DNA of 32,000 nucleotides from Photobacterium carnosum (GTDB lineage Bacteria > Pseudomonadota > Gammaproteobacteria > Enterobacterales > Vibrionaceae). Below are positions 8,640-17,358 of the stretch, in pieces. Position numbers and translations under genes: made by a program. Position 1 is the stretch's first letter, and every line of letters begins with the position of its first letter. Below the pieces are notes generated by a model. That model saw only the letters and a list, made by a program, of their open reading frames with translations. It was not told where the DNA came from and ran no database searches. The stretch covers positions 54,520 to 86,519 of the forward strand of contig NZ_NPIB01000002.1 of NCBI RefSeq assembly GCF_002849605.1, given 5' to 3'.

Positions 8640-8830
8640 TGGGTATAAGATCTTTCTAATTTCAACGCTTCCTTTCGCCAACCCAAGTCGTTCAGCAGGA
8701 GTCTTACCATCTTTTGAACTCTTCCATGATTAGATGTGGTACTTATCGGTCTTTCTAGCATGGACAACCTACGTCTAACAATTTGGAAGAAGCTATCGAT
8801 CGGGTGCAAGGATGCATCACGAAGTGCGAT
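8640..8830 (-). pseudogene. remnant of the C-terminus of an rve/DDE-type transposase
   Basis: The minus-strand translation gives ..HPIDSFFQIVRRRL..SNHGRVQK. After a +1 frame change it gives DGKTPAERLG. This resembles the transposase C-terminal pattern (E-R/S-F-F-x-T-L-K ... Y-N-x-x-R-x-H ... G-K-T-P-A-E). Stop codons lie immediately upstream and no intact catalytic core is present. Confidence 0.4.
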
Positions 8831-9181
8831 TTCATGCTAAGCCTTGAACGGTCGGTTATAACATTCTTGTCTACCAGTGCTACTCACAACAGCCTTATCT
8901 AGCGCGTTTTTTGCGATTAATAATGTGGCTTCATCTCTCGATATCATGTTCTCATCACATACTTACTCAATAAGCTTTTCACTAAACTTAACCATTCTAT
9001 GTCTTTGGTCTACAGTAAGTTCTTTGTTTATTTTTACATATAGAGCATGACAATTAGCTTTCGAACGCAAGGCAACAGGCGCGGTTGATGGCTGGCTCCT
9101 GATCCAGATGAAATAATACTGGTCACAAATGTTAGAAAAATCTATCCTTTAATAAGTAGAAAAATAAGGTTTTTAAAGCAA

Positions 9182-9934
9182 ATGAACAATAATAATAAAG
9201 TTAAGCCTGATATTATCAAAGCAGTAATGGATTATCGTTATAGTCAGGGTGAGAAATTTGAACGTTACTTTCAAACGACTAAGAATCGCTTTCAAGTCTG
9301 TACAAGCCGGAGTCGTAAACGCGAAATAATCGAAATTAATAGTACCATTGAACGGCTAAAGCAGCGTATAGAGCGTTACAGCGATATTGTTTCAATACTT
9401 TATAATCATGAGCAACAAATTAAAGTTTCAAATGTTAATTATATGTCGATCGGAGTTGTAAATAATGAATTTACACTTTTCAATCAATCGTTATTTTTAA
9501 GGTTTAATTGTGCCCCTCCTGAAACTCAGCTAACTTTTCTTGTTACTCCACAAACTATTAGTACCCATGCGGTTGTGCGCTATCTTGAACGTAACAATAC
9601 ACTAGATGTTAAGGCTGCTATTGTTGAGCTAGGAATGGCTTTAGTCGATTGCGCCCAAGAACTTGCCTCTCACTGCGCTCAAACAGGTCTATGTCCTACT
9701 GGGCATACAGAGCGTAATATCAAGACTATTAACGATGGTATTGCAATTATTATTATCCCTGATCCGAGTGTACTGGATTACTCCGAAGCCGATTGGAAGG
9801 TCGTAACATACATTTCGCCTGATATGGTAAAAGATTTCAATCTTCGTAGCCATGAAGCTGGATTTGTTTTGGATGACTACGCTATTGAATATAAGGATGA
9901 TATTCGATCCTATATCGATAACATGCTTAGTTGA
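9182..9934 (+). CDS. hypothetical protein (250 aa), first gene of a four-gene cassette
   Basis: Intact ATG ORF. It contains the motif THAVVRYLERN (H-A-x-x-R-x-x-E-R), seen in some small toxin or nuclease-like domains. This is a weak assignment. Confidence 0.65.
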   Translation: MNNNNKVKPDIIKAVMDYRYSQGEKFERYFQTTKNRFQVCTSRSRKREIIEINSTIERLKQRIERYSDIVSILYNHEQQIKVSNVNYMSIGVVNNEFTLFNQSLFLRFNCAPPETQLTFLVTPQTISTHAVVRYLERNNTLDVKAAIVELGMALVDCAQELASHCAQTGLCPTGHTERNIKTINDGIAIIIIPDPSVLDYSEADWKVVTYISPDMVKDFNLRSHEAGFVLDDYAIEYKDDIRSYIDNMLS

Positions 9935-10060
9935 GCCTTATCGGGAATGGGCGTGAACCAATATTCTTTCTATTAAAGTCAATTTTAGTCGTTTTCATAA
10001 GACAATAGATTTAAATATCAGGGTATGATTTTCAATAATTTTAATAATTAAGTAAAAATC

Positions 10061-10942
10061 ATGTCTGAAGATAAAAAGTTCTATTCGGCTTCATCATTAG
10101 CAAAGAGACTAGGTGTGGAATATTCAGATTTAGTTCGTGCCTTACTTTTATCACAATATGTTATGAGAGGTGCAGATCGAAAGCTTGTGCTTACAGATGA
10201 AGGTATTGCTGCAGGGGCTAAAATGGGGTCTTCGGATAAATACGGTCCTTTTATCCAATGGCCAGAAGGCTTAAATGTAGATGTTGAACTTAAAACCCCT
10301 ACTCAAAACACTAAATCGGTACCGCAAACCTCCAACAATCGTAATGCAAATACAAAAAACATTTCAAGTAGAACTTTAGCAAAGCGGCTTAATCTTGATG
10401 CTAATTACCTTAATGATATTGCTTGCGTTCTTGGTTGGGCGAGCAAAGCGAGCAAGGTGAACGGTTACCTCTCGACTAATCTTGGTTTAAAAGAAGGCAT
10501 AAGCCATGGTTATTCGTCCAAATATAATATGGCTTATTTGCTGTTTCCCCATAACATCCTAACTTATGACAAATTTAATAACTGCGTCGAGATATTTAAG
10601 CATTTAGAATTAAATAATATTGGGTTATATACCGGAACTGTCGAGTGTGTTCAAACAATGGCGGTAGATGGTCACATTGTAAATTCTATTTACCATTGCA
10701 TCATTGATAACTGGCTGCTGTTCCACGGCATCACACATATTATTAATTCTCGCAATCCATTCCCCAATACTGACTTTTTCTTACCAGAGTTAGGACTCTC
10801 GATTAAGTTCAACATGGATGAATCTACTGAAAGTATACCCATTGTCGATGAAACAAACGGTAGAATGATCACCTTTAATCCTAATAATATAATCCATATT
10901 GAAGAAGTCATGAATAAAGCATCGTTTACTTTACGTATTTAA
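10061..10942 (+). CDS. protein with two tandem HTH-like modules (293 aa)
   Basis: Internal duplication: SASSLAKRLGVEYSDL...LTDEGIAAGAKMGSSDKYGPF matches SSRTLAKRLNLDANYL...STNLGLKEGISHGYSSKYNMA. The C-terminal segment IDNWLLFHGITH...TDFFLPELGLSIKF loosely resembles a degenerate PD-(D/E)xK nuclease-fold core. Confidence 0.7.
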   Translation: MSEDKKFYSASSLAKRLGVEYSDLVRALLLSQYVMRGADRKLVLTDEGIAAGAKMGSSDKYGPFIQWPEGLNVDVELKTPTQNTKSVPQTSNNRNANTKNISSRTLAKRLNLDANYLNDIACVLGWASKASKVNGYLSTNLGLKEGISHGYSSKYNMAYLLFPHNILTYDKFNNCVEIFKHLELNNIGLYTGTVECVQTMAVDGHIVNSIYHCIIDNWLLFHGITHIINSRNPFPNTDFFLPELGLSIKFNMDESTESIPIVDETNGRMITFNPNNIIHIEEVMNKASFTLRI

Positions 10943-11060
10943 CTGACGATTATTTAGTGATCAAGGCGTCATCAATTCGCGTGAACCCTTGATCCCTAAC
11001 AATAAAACCAACACTTACTACGCTTTCAACGTCTAGCGTTATTTATCTTTGTAAGTATAA

Positions 11061-12224
11061 TTGTCTCGTGACTTAATAACAGAGACCATAATAATGCTTA
11101 CTCAAACGATAGTTAAAATAACCTTACTAGAAAAAAAAATTTTTAAAGATGAGATCCACTTACATCAACCTGGGGGTGATGTATGGAATATGTGCCAACA
11201 ATCCCATATAAATCGAAAGATCATGGAATTACAGGATAGAAGTAAATACTCACAGGAATTTTTTGATGATTATAATGATAAAAATAGTTTAGACGCCTCC
11301 ATTATAAAACGAATGTACTCCAGATTTTGGGTGTTATCCTCGGAACAAAGAGACGATGATGGAATCGCTCCTATGTTAACGATCAAAGATTTTATCGAGG
11401 TTTCCGAAAATCATTACAGAGAACATAACGACATTAGCTGTCAACGTACCGCAAAAAAGACAGTTAAAAAAATGTTCCATGGCGTCAATAAATGCTTACC
11501 GCTACCCACGCTTCTAACACCTCTAACTGGTAAGTTAATAAGCGAGTCAGAATTCAAGCTGGTACGTAGTGAATGTGGTCAGAACGTACACCTTTTCGTT
11601 AATCTTTATGACCAAGATGATGTAATACCATTCACCCCCAAAAATATAATTCGATACTATCACTACCCTAAAAAAGATGCGGTTAATTTATATCGAAATT
11701 TATGCCTCCCAAATATCAAATTATATATGCCTGTCGATGATACTAATTATACTGGTATGCCCCCTCATGAGGTCACACCGATCACTTATCTTCAAAACAA
11801 AGAAAATGGACGTATAAAAAGTGTCTGTTGGGATGTACCCGACGAATTGAAGATGATTAATCATGATTTGTTAGATAAAAATGATTTGATTGAATTAATC
11901 CAAAATGTCATTAGCCGCCCATTACCAGTTAGTAAATTATCATTATGGCGTGCAATGTGCGGAGAGTGGTACAACCGTCAAAATAATAATTTCAAATGGC
12001 ATGAGTTAAACGCTGACACTCAAAAACGGCATATAGTTAATTTTATCCGACATAGTTACTGTGGTTACACTCAGATCTACACCCTTCAAGACCGTGAATT
12101 AGCCGCTGAGTTACATGACATCGCATTTGACGCGTTACTAAGAAGGATCGGCCGCACCTTCCCATACCTCTCTGGTGAGTGTGTACGTCAGTTGAACCAC
12201 CGCTTTGATGAGGTCTATTATTAA
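11061..12224 (+). CDS. unknown-family protein, paralogue 1 (387 aa)
   Basis: Homologous over about 300 aa to the next ORF (F-x-GVNK-x-L-x-LP; YY-x-YP-x-KDA; NFIRH...GY-x-Q-x-Y; RRI-x-RTFPYL). The start is uncertain, either TTG 11061 or ATG 11094. Confidence 0.75.
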   Translation: MSRDLITETIIMLTQTIVKITLLEKKIFKDEIHLHQPGGDVWNMCQQSHINRKIMELQDRSKYSQEFFDDYNDKNSLDASIIKRMYSRFWVLSSEQRDDDGIAPMLTIKDFIEVSENHYREHNDISCQRTAKKTVKKMFHGVNKCLPLPTLLTPLTGKLISESEFKLVRSECGQNVHLFVNLYDQDDVIPFTPKNIIRYYHYPKKDAVNLYRNLCLPNIKLYMPVDDTNYTGMPPHEVTPITYLQNKENGRIKSVCWDVPDELKMINHDLLDKNDLIELIQNVISRPLPVSKLSLWRAMCGEWYNRQNNNFKWHELNADTQKRHIVNFIRHSYCGYTQIYTLQDRELAAELHDIAFDALLRRIGRTFPYLSGECVRQLNHRFDEVYY

Positions 12225-13372
12225 TGGCTAAAATAAGACAAAGACAAAAGTATCAAGATAAAATATTGCAATCAGTACAAGATAAACTGTGTACTGATAG
12301 AGAGAGAGAATTGTTAGAAGATATGGGTTTACCTGTAACCGCTAAGAGTGTTTTGTTCATGATGGAAAAACACCAAGCGGAAAGCTCTCCAGAAATTATA
12401 GATTATTCACAACGTCATTCTGTTGCAACATCTATATCGGAATGTATGTATGGTCTATTTTTAACTCAGCCAGTCGCCAATATTGACAATCAACACCGAG
12501 TGCTAAATATATCACAGCATATAAACGAACTTAGATGTTGTAAAGAAACAAGCGATTGGATCGTTGATGATTTTACCTTGCGCATTTTTAGAGGGGTTAA
12601 TAAGCGGTTAGAGTTACCTTGCGTTATTAGTAAACTCATCCTCGAATTAGAACTGCCAGCATTTAAAGCTAAAAACGTGGTGAAAGAAAGTTCTGTATTT
12701 TTATTCCAAGCGTGTGAAGTCGTTCGATTTAACGTAAAAAATTTAATTAAATATTACAATTATCCCGAAAAGGACGCCAAAGCATTTTACGAAAATTTAG
12801 CGATATATAATCAGTCCACACCACTCTACTTACCTAAAAATACGAAACACAAAAATAGAGAATTACCAGTAACATACGATAATACGGGTGATGTTATAAA
12901 AGTGTTTTGGGATATACCAACAAAACTCGTTGATGAGTTCATGCTGGAATATATTAATCATGAGAGCAGTGATCACCAGCTTGTAGAGTCAGACTTATGT
13001 GAAATTCTTAATATGTTAGATAAACCGTTGCCCATTGAAGACCTAAGCTTTTGGAAAATATTGGCAAAACAATTTTATATGGATAACGGTGAAGATTGGT
13101 CAGCGATGTCCGTGTCTCGACAAAAAAGGCTACTCACAAACTTTATTAGGCACAATATCCCAGGTTATAGTCAGGCATATCAGTTAAATGACAGAGCATT
13201 AGCTAAACGTCTGCATGATGATTATTTTGATCTAGTAATGAGACGGATAGCTCGCACGTTCCCTTACTTGGCTAATGAATGCAATAACCAATGGAGTTAT
13301 CGAGAAGGTAAGAACAATAATTCTGATGGTCTAATTGATAACTCAGGTAAGAAGCAATCTTTGCTTGATTAG
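12224..13372 (+). CDS. unknown-family protein, paralogue 2 (382 aa)
   Basis: Its ATG overlaps the upstream TAA stop by 1 nt (TAATG), suggesting translational coupling. It shares the conserved blocks of paralogue 1. Confidence 0.8.
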   Translation: MAKIRQRQKYQDKILQSVQDKLCTDRERELLEDMGLPVTAKSVLFMMEKHQAESSPEIIDYSQRHSVATSISECMYGLFLTQPVANIDNQHRVLNISQHINELRCCKETSDWIVDDFTLRIFRGVNKRLELPCVISKLILELELPAFKAKNVVKESSVFLFQACEVVRFNVKNLIKYYNYPEKDAKAFYENLAIYNQSTPLYLPKNTKHKNRELPVTYDNTGDVIKVFWDIPTKLVDEFMLEYINHESSDHQLVESDLCEILNMLDKPLPIEDLSFWKILAKQFYMDNGEDWSAMSVSRQKRLLTNFIRHNIPGYSQAYQLNDRALAKRLHDDYFDLVMRRIARTFPYLANECNNQWSYREGKNNNSDGLIDNSGKKQSLLD

Positions 13373-13414
13373 ATGTCTATTTTTGGTGTATCTGAATAAC
13401 AATGTAGTCATTCG

Positions 13415-13451
13415 CTTACAATAAACATAATTAATATATGTTTATTGTAAG
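13415..13451. terminator. AT-rich perfect hairpin between convergent genes
   Basis: cttacaataaacat (13415-13428) pairs with atgtttattgtaag (13438-13451), with a 9-nt loop. It lies between the ends of the 382-aa gene and the EAL gene. Confidence 0.45.
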
Positions 13452-13511
13452 TTAATTGGCAGCTACCCCATCCACGAATGGCAATAGCATTAGACCATTA
13501 ATATATAATGG

Positions 13512-14819
13512 CTATCCTTTTATTCTTGGCTCCGGATAACCAAAGTAATACCCTTGCCCAATATCACAGCCAAGAGAATGCATGATCACTGCTTGTTCAT
13601 GAGTTTCTATCCCCTCAGCTACGATTTTATGGTCCGTACAAAGCAATAAATCCACAGTCGAGCGGGTTAACGTTGATAATGACGTTTGATTCATGGATTT
13701 ATGGGCGGCAAGTGCTTTTTTTATTATGACTCTAGGAATGCTTTTTCTAGATTCTAATTTTAAAATTGATCGTATATCTAAATCTTGATAATTAAGATTA
13801 GTGCAGAAAAATCGGTCTAATTTGATGGTGTTAATGGGTAGATACATCAAATAATTAATATTGGATGTCCCAGTACCAAAATCATCGATAGCAATACTAA
13901 AACCTTGTGATGATATATCCATCAACGCATGATGAATTTTAGAATTTTTCTCTATAACCTGAGTTTCAACAATCTCGAATTCAATGAGTTCAGGTCTTAT
14001 CTTGAAAATTGCGGCGCTCTCACGTATAAAATCAACTAAATTACAGTGACGTTGGTTTAACGATGATCCATCAATATTTACAGCAATCTGTGTCATTTCC
14101 CCCTTTGCTACCCATGTCTGCGAATGATTAAAAGCCGTAGTTATAACCCACTTATCTAAATCGCATTGAAGTGTGTAAAATTTAAACCAATATAAAAAAT
14201 CTACAGGAGAGAGAACCCCATAATCTGGATGCCGCCATCTGAGTAATGATTCAACCCCCATTTCTTTGTTCGTTTTTAGATCTACTTTCGTTTGAAACCA
14301 AAGCTCTAACTCATTATTTTTCATGGCATTAAGTAAGTCTAATTTTGAGAAGGTATATTTCTCACTATTAAATTCTTCATCCGTTGAGTTACATGGCTTC
14401 GGTGGCTCTACATCTTCAAGTAATTCCTGGGCGCTTATATCACTCTGTTCATTAAAAATAGCAACTTTATATGACACATTAAATAAATGAGATATTGTCG
14501 TAGTTGAATGACAATAACCATATTCTAATAACGTTTGAAATTTAGCTCTGATGTGTGGGTTCGTTTGACCAGAACAAATAAGTGCAATTTGACTATAACC
14601 ATACTCAAATGCCATGATGTTTTTATTTTTCATAGATTTATGAGCCAACTGTAAAACCCACAATGCCACATCATTCATAACTGATGTAAAAACAAGATCG
14701 CCTAATATATCTTTATGAAGATGAGCATCAATAACGTCTACAATGACCAAATAAAACTCTTTTCCTTTATCTATTCGCGCCGTTAACTCTTCGTAAAGCT
14801 TGAATTTTTGAAGAACCAC
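13512..14819 (-). CDS. degenerate-GGDEF / EAL domain protein (putative c-di-GMP phosphodiesterase)
   Basis: EAL-domain signature blocks are present: GVESLLRW, AVNIDG, EFEIVET, IAIDDFGTG, IKLDR, VAEGIET and GQGYYFGYP. The N-terminal half has a GGDEF-like layout, with YGYSQ where GGDEF would sit. The start is GTG with GGAG 10 nt upstream. Confidence 0.9.
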   Translation of the reverse strand: MVLQKFKLYEELTARIDKGKEFYLVIVDVIDAHLHKDILGDLVFTSVMNDVALWVLQLAHKSMKNKNIMAFEYGYSQIALICSGQTNPHIRAKFQTLLEYGYCHSTTTISHLFNVSYKVAIFNEQSDISAQELLEDVEPPKPCNSTDEEFNSEKYTFSKLDLLNAMKNNELELWFQTKVDLKTNKEMGVESLLRWRHPDYGVLSPVDFLYWFKFYTLQCDLDKWVITTAFNHSQTWVAKGEMTQIAVNIDGSSLNQRHCNLVDFIRESAAIFKIRPELIEFEIVETQVIEKNSKIHHALMDISSQGFSIAIDDFGTGTSNINYLMYLPINTIKLDRFFCTNLNYQDLDIRSILKLESRKSIPRVIIKKALAAHKSMNQTSLSTLTRSTVDLLLCTDHKIVAEGIETHEQAVIMHSLGCDIGQGYYFGYPEPRIKG

Positions 14820-14989
14820 TATAATAAAGCTCCTTAAAAGTGTTAATGGGGTTTTATGCAGTATATATACTTAATAAAGTATGTCTTAAAAGAGACTACA
14901 TTTTTTTAAAATTGTAAGAGGAAAACGCTTGAAGTCGGATTTTTGAGCCATATACTATCTTTATACTCACTTTCAAATGGTTAATTATC

Positions 14990-15358
14990 ATGCGTAATAA
15001 ATATAAAATTGTAAGTGGCTTACTATTAATGTGGGCAAGTTTTAATGCTACAACCGCTTTAGCAGAGAATGAAGTCCCAGAGTGGGCTATTAACCCACCA
15101 CAAGGGACTGCTTCATATTGTACTGATATACTCTATATGGGTAAGGAAAAAGGAATTCTGGTAGCAAAGACATTTGCAAGTAACATGCTAAATAATCATG
15201 AACTTGGCCATTACGTCGAGGGTGCTGAAGGAATTCACTCATCAAGCTACCATCAAGATATTTTGACGGCTAAAGTAGGATTGCAAAAAAGCACTAAAAT
15301 TATCAAGCAGTATATTAATGACAATAATCTTTGCGTTTTGGTTGCCCATGACGCGTAA
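14990..15358 (+). CDS. secreted small protein (122 aa)
   Basis: N-terminal signal peptide ending ..TTALA/EN. The mature N-terminus, PEWAINPP, is reminiscent of LPP20-type periplasmic proteins, a weak assignment. Confidence 0.7.
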   Translation: MRNKYKIVSGLLLMWASFNATTALAENEVPEWAINPPQGTASYCTDILYMGKEKGILVAKTFASNMLNNHELGHYVEGAEGIHSSSYHQDILTAKVGLQKSTKIIKQYINDNNLCVLVAHDA

Positions 15359-15364
15359 TGGACG

Positions 15365-15916
15365 CTATTTGACGGCAATCTTAACTAATGGGTGTAATGG
15401 GTTACTCGCCATATAACTACCCTGACCTTGAATCTCCATTATTATCAAATCCTCATGAACTTGGCTGCTCAATTTGAGGCGGTTACTTGTAAGTAAATTT
15501 TTTAACTTAGTTCTGAATTCTTGTTCTTCTCCACCATTAAAGTAATCTGACACTAAGTAAACGATCATCTTTATAACCGCATCATCCAAAACTAAATATT
15601 CTTGTCGTGTTCCAATAACAACAAAATTAACCCAACGCCTTGGATCTTCTTTGTGGTGGCTTACAAAGTTAACTACCCCATTCTTCAGAAAAAGAATTGT
15701 GGTAAATGGGCACATGATTGAGTTGATATAAAAGAGCAACGATTCTGTATTGTTACCAATAATAATTGGTACAAATGACGGATCAATAGCGTTAGCTAAA
15801 GGAACATATCCGAATAAGTAAAATAACTGTATTGGGTATAAGAAAGAGATGGCAATAGACCGAATAAGGTTCGGTCTACTTTGTGCCATAAACCGATTTT
15901 TATCAAAATAGATCAT
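15365..15916 (-). CDS. membrane protein (183 aa)
   Basis: Two hydrophobic helices (IAISFLYPIQLFYLFGYVPLA and LLFYINSIMCPFTTILFL) followed by a soluble tail. No family recognised. Confidence 0.55.
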   Translation of the reverse strand: MIYFDKNRFMAQSRPNLIRSIAISFLYPIQLFYLFGYVPLANAIDPSFVPIIIGNNTESLLFYINSIMCPFTTILFLKNGVVNFVSHHKEDPRRWVNFVVIGTRQEYLVLDDAVIKMIVYLVSDYFNGGEEQEFRTKLKNLLTSNRLKLSSQVHEDLIIMEIQGQGSYMASNPLHPLVKIAVK

Positions 15917-15927
15917 GACGGTTTACT

Positions 15928-16416
15928 CTAATTTTCTGGCATTTCAAGATTGAACATACTTGATATTTGATATGTTATTAGTCGTTTTTTTTCTTCAGGA
16001 ATGATGCAGTAATGTAATGACACTTTTGTTTCAGGTCCTACAAATAAAATATAGTATTGATTCTTGCGTAACCCTGAAGGCATTAGATGAATTCGCTTTA
16101 CTTCACCATTACATTTAAAAGGGGTTTGTGATATTGCAATACTAAAAATTGTTAACTGTCTTAATAACGTTTTCCCGTCTTCTGACATTGATAATCGCCA
16201 ACGCATTGATAATAAAGCAAGTATTGCGATAACGCCCCATGGTGCCCATGTCGGCATGGTGTAGCTATAGAGAATCGAATGATAAATGCAAGATGTTAAG
16301 ATTAGTAATATTCCTAAAAATACAGCAACACCACACTTTGGCCATACAGATAAACTAATACCAATAAATCTCTCTTTCGTTTTTGGATCGACCGAATTTA
16401 CAGGAATAATAATCAT
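15928..16416 (-). CDS. membrane protein (162 aa)
   Basis: Two TM helices (GVAVFLGILLILTSCIY and APWGVIAILALLSM) followed by a soluble ~90-aa domain. It ends 12 nt upstream of the start of the 183-aa gene (15916). Confidence 0.6.
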   Translation of the reverse strand: MIIIPVNSVDPKTKERFIGISLSVWPKCGVAVFLGILLILTSCIYHSILYSYTMPTWAPWGVIAILALLSMRWRLSMSEDGKTLLRQLTIFSIAISQTPFKCNGEVKRIHLMPSGLRKNQYYILFVGPETKVSLHYCIIPEEKKRLITYQISSMFNLEMPEN

Positions 16417-16632
16417 CGTTTCCCCCTATGCGATTTTTATGTCAGTGAGTTTAACAAACAACATTGTCTTCCACTTCTGCAATAACGGTACGTAGTGCTT
16501 ATCTTTGGTGAAAAAACAAAAAAACATGCGATATCTGATAACGAACATTAATCAGGTAGCATTTTCATAATTATTTCTATTTAATATTCGTCATAATGTC
16601 CCTATGTAAAATTCTTAACGAGACTAATTGAA

Positions 16633-16953
16633 ATGATGGATGATGAAAAATTAACAGTAAGTAAAACTATCCACTGGGCAATAAAATGCGGTTGGAAAGT
16701 CGTAGCTGCAGTTCGAGGAATGGCATTTACTCAAGATAAAGACATTAATTTTTATATCGACGTTATCGCTGAAAGTCCAGACCAAAAAGAAAAATATGAT
16801 ATTGGTTTTTGGCCCGGTATAAATAAGGATTACCGCATTACAGAGAATGATTTGGCAGAGATTAAATGGTTGCATCCAGCAATTAAAATTGAACGTAATG
16901 TTACTACTCCGAGTGACAGGTCAAATTTGATTAACGTAACTAATAGGCAATGA
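16633..16953 (+). CDS. hypothetical protein (106 aa)
   Basis: Intact ATG ORF with normal amino-acid composition. Its 3' end overlaps the convergent 141-aa gene by 33 nt. Confidence 0.5.
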   Translation: MMDDEKLTVSKTIHWAIKCGWKVVAAVRGMAFTQDKDINFYIDVIAESPDQKEKYDIGFWPGINKDYRITENDLAEIKWLHPAIKIERNVTTPSDRSNLINVTNRQ

Positions 16954-17346
16954 AACAACTTGTTGTTCTGGATAGCTGCCACAATAGAAGTAGTAGCTAT
17001 TTGTATCTTTTGCCGTTGGTATAAGTACGTTCCCAGAGTGAATGTCACAACAAACTCTTTCACCATTATCTAACGTCGTTATCGTCTGATATTTTGGTGA
17101 TATAGGTGTGACATGAATACAGCTATATTGACCGGTTCTATCTTTTCTTGGTTTTAAATAAGTTGTGGCATCTACCATTTTCCATGTGTTGTACTGTAAT
17201 GGCATTAAAAACATGGGAGTGAAAGACGTGTCCTTTGTCATAACTGCCACTTTGAAGTTATCAATGAAATTACGAGTTCCATTTGTTAGCCCTAGAGCTA
17301 ATAATGCCCCAAAAAACACACACTGAAACACTTTGAATAGCCCCAT
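16921..17346 (-). CDS. secreted protein (141 aa), last gene of the small-protein operon
   Basis: N-terminal signal-like helix (FQCVFFGALLALGLTNG). The mature part contains several Cys. Confidence 0.6.
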   Translation of the reverse strand: MGLFKVFQCVFFGALLALGLTNGTRNFIDNFKVAVMTKDTSFTPMFLMPLQYNTWKMVDATTYLKPRKDRTGQYSCIHVTPISPKYQTITTLDNGERVCCDIHSGNVLIPTAKDTNSYYFYCGSYPEQQVVSLPISYVNQI

Positions 17347-17358
17347 TTGTAAAAACCT

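Noticed and set aside
8624-8809. 61-aa ORF called as an intact gene
   Set aside because: It is better explained as one frame of a frameshifted transposase C-terminal remnant. The conserved G-K-T-P-A-E-R-L-G tail continues in another frame.
14820-14989. Possible c-di-GMP riboswitch or other structured leader next to the EAL gene
   Set aside because: I could not find the conserved GEMM-type sequence elements or any extended GC-paired structure. The region looks like an ordinary divergent AT-rich promoter.
16286-17066. ORFs 16286-16495 (+), 16651-16875 (-) and 16830-17066 (-)
   Set aside because: Each is antisense or out of frame to a longer ORF with more plausible composition (the 162-aa, 106-aa and 141-aa genes).
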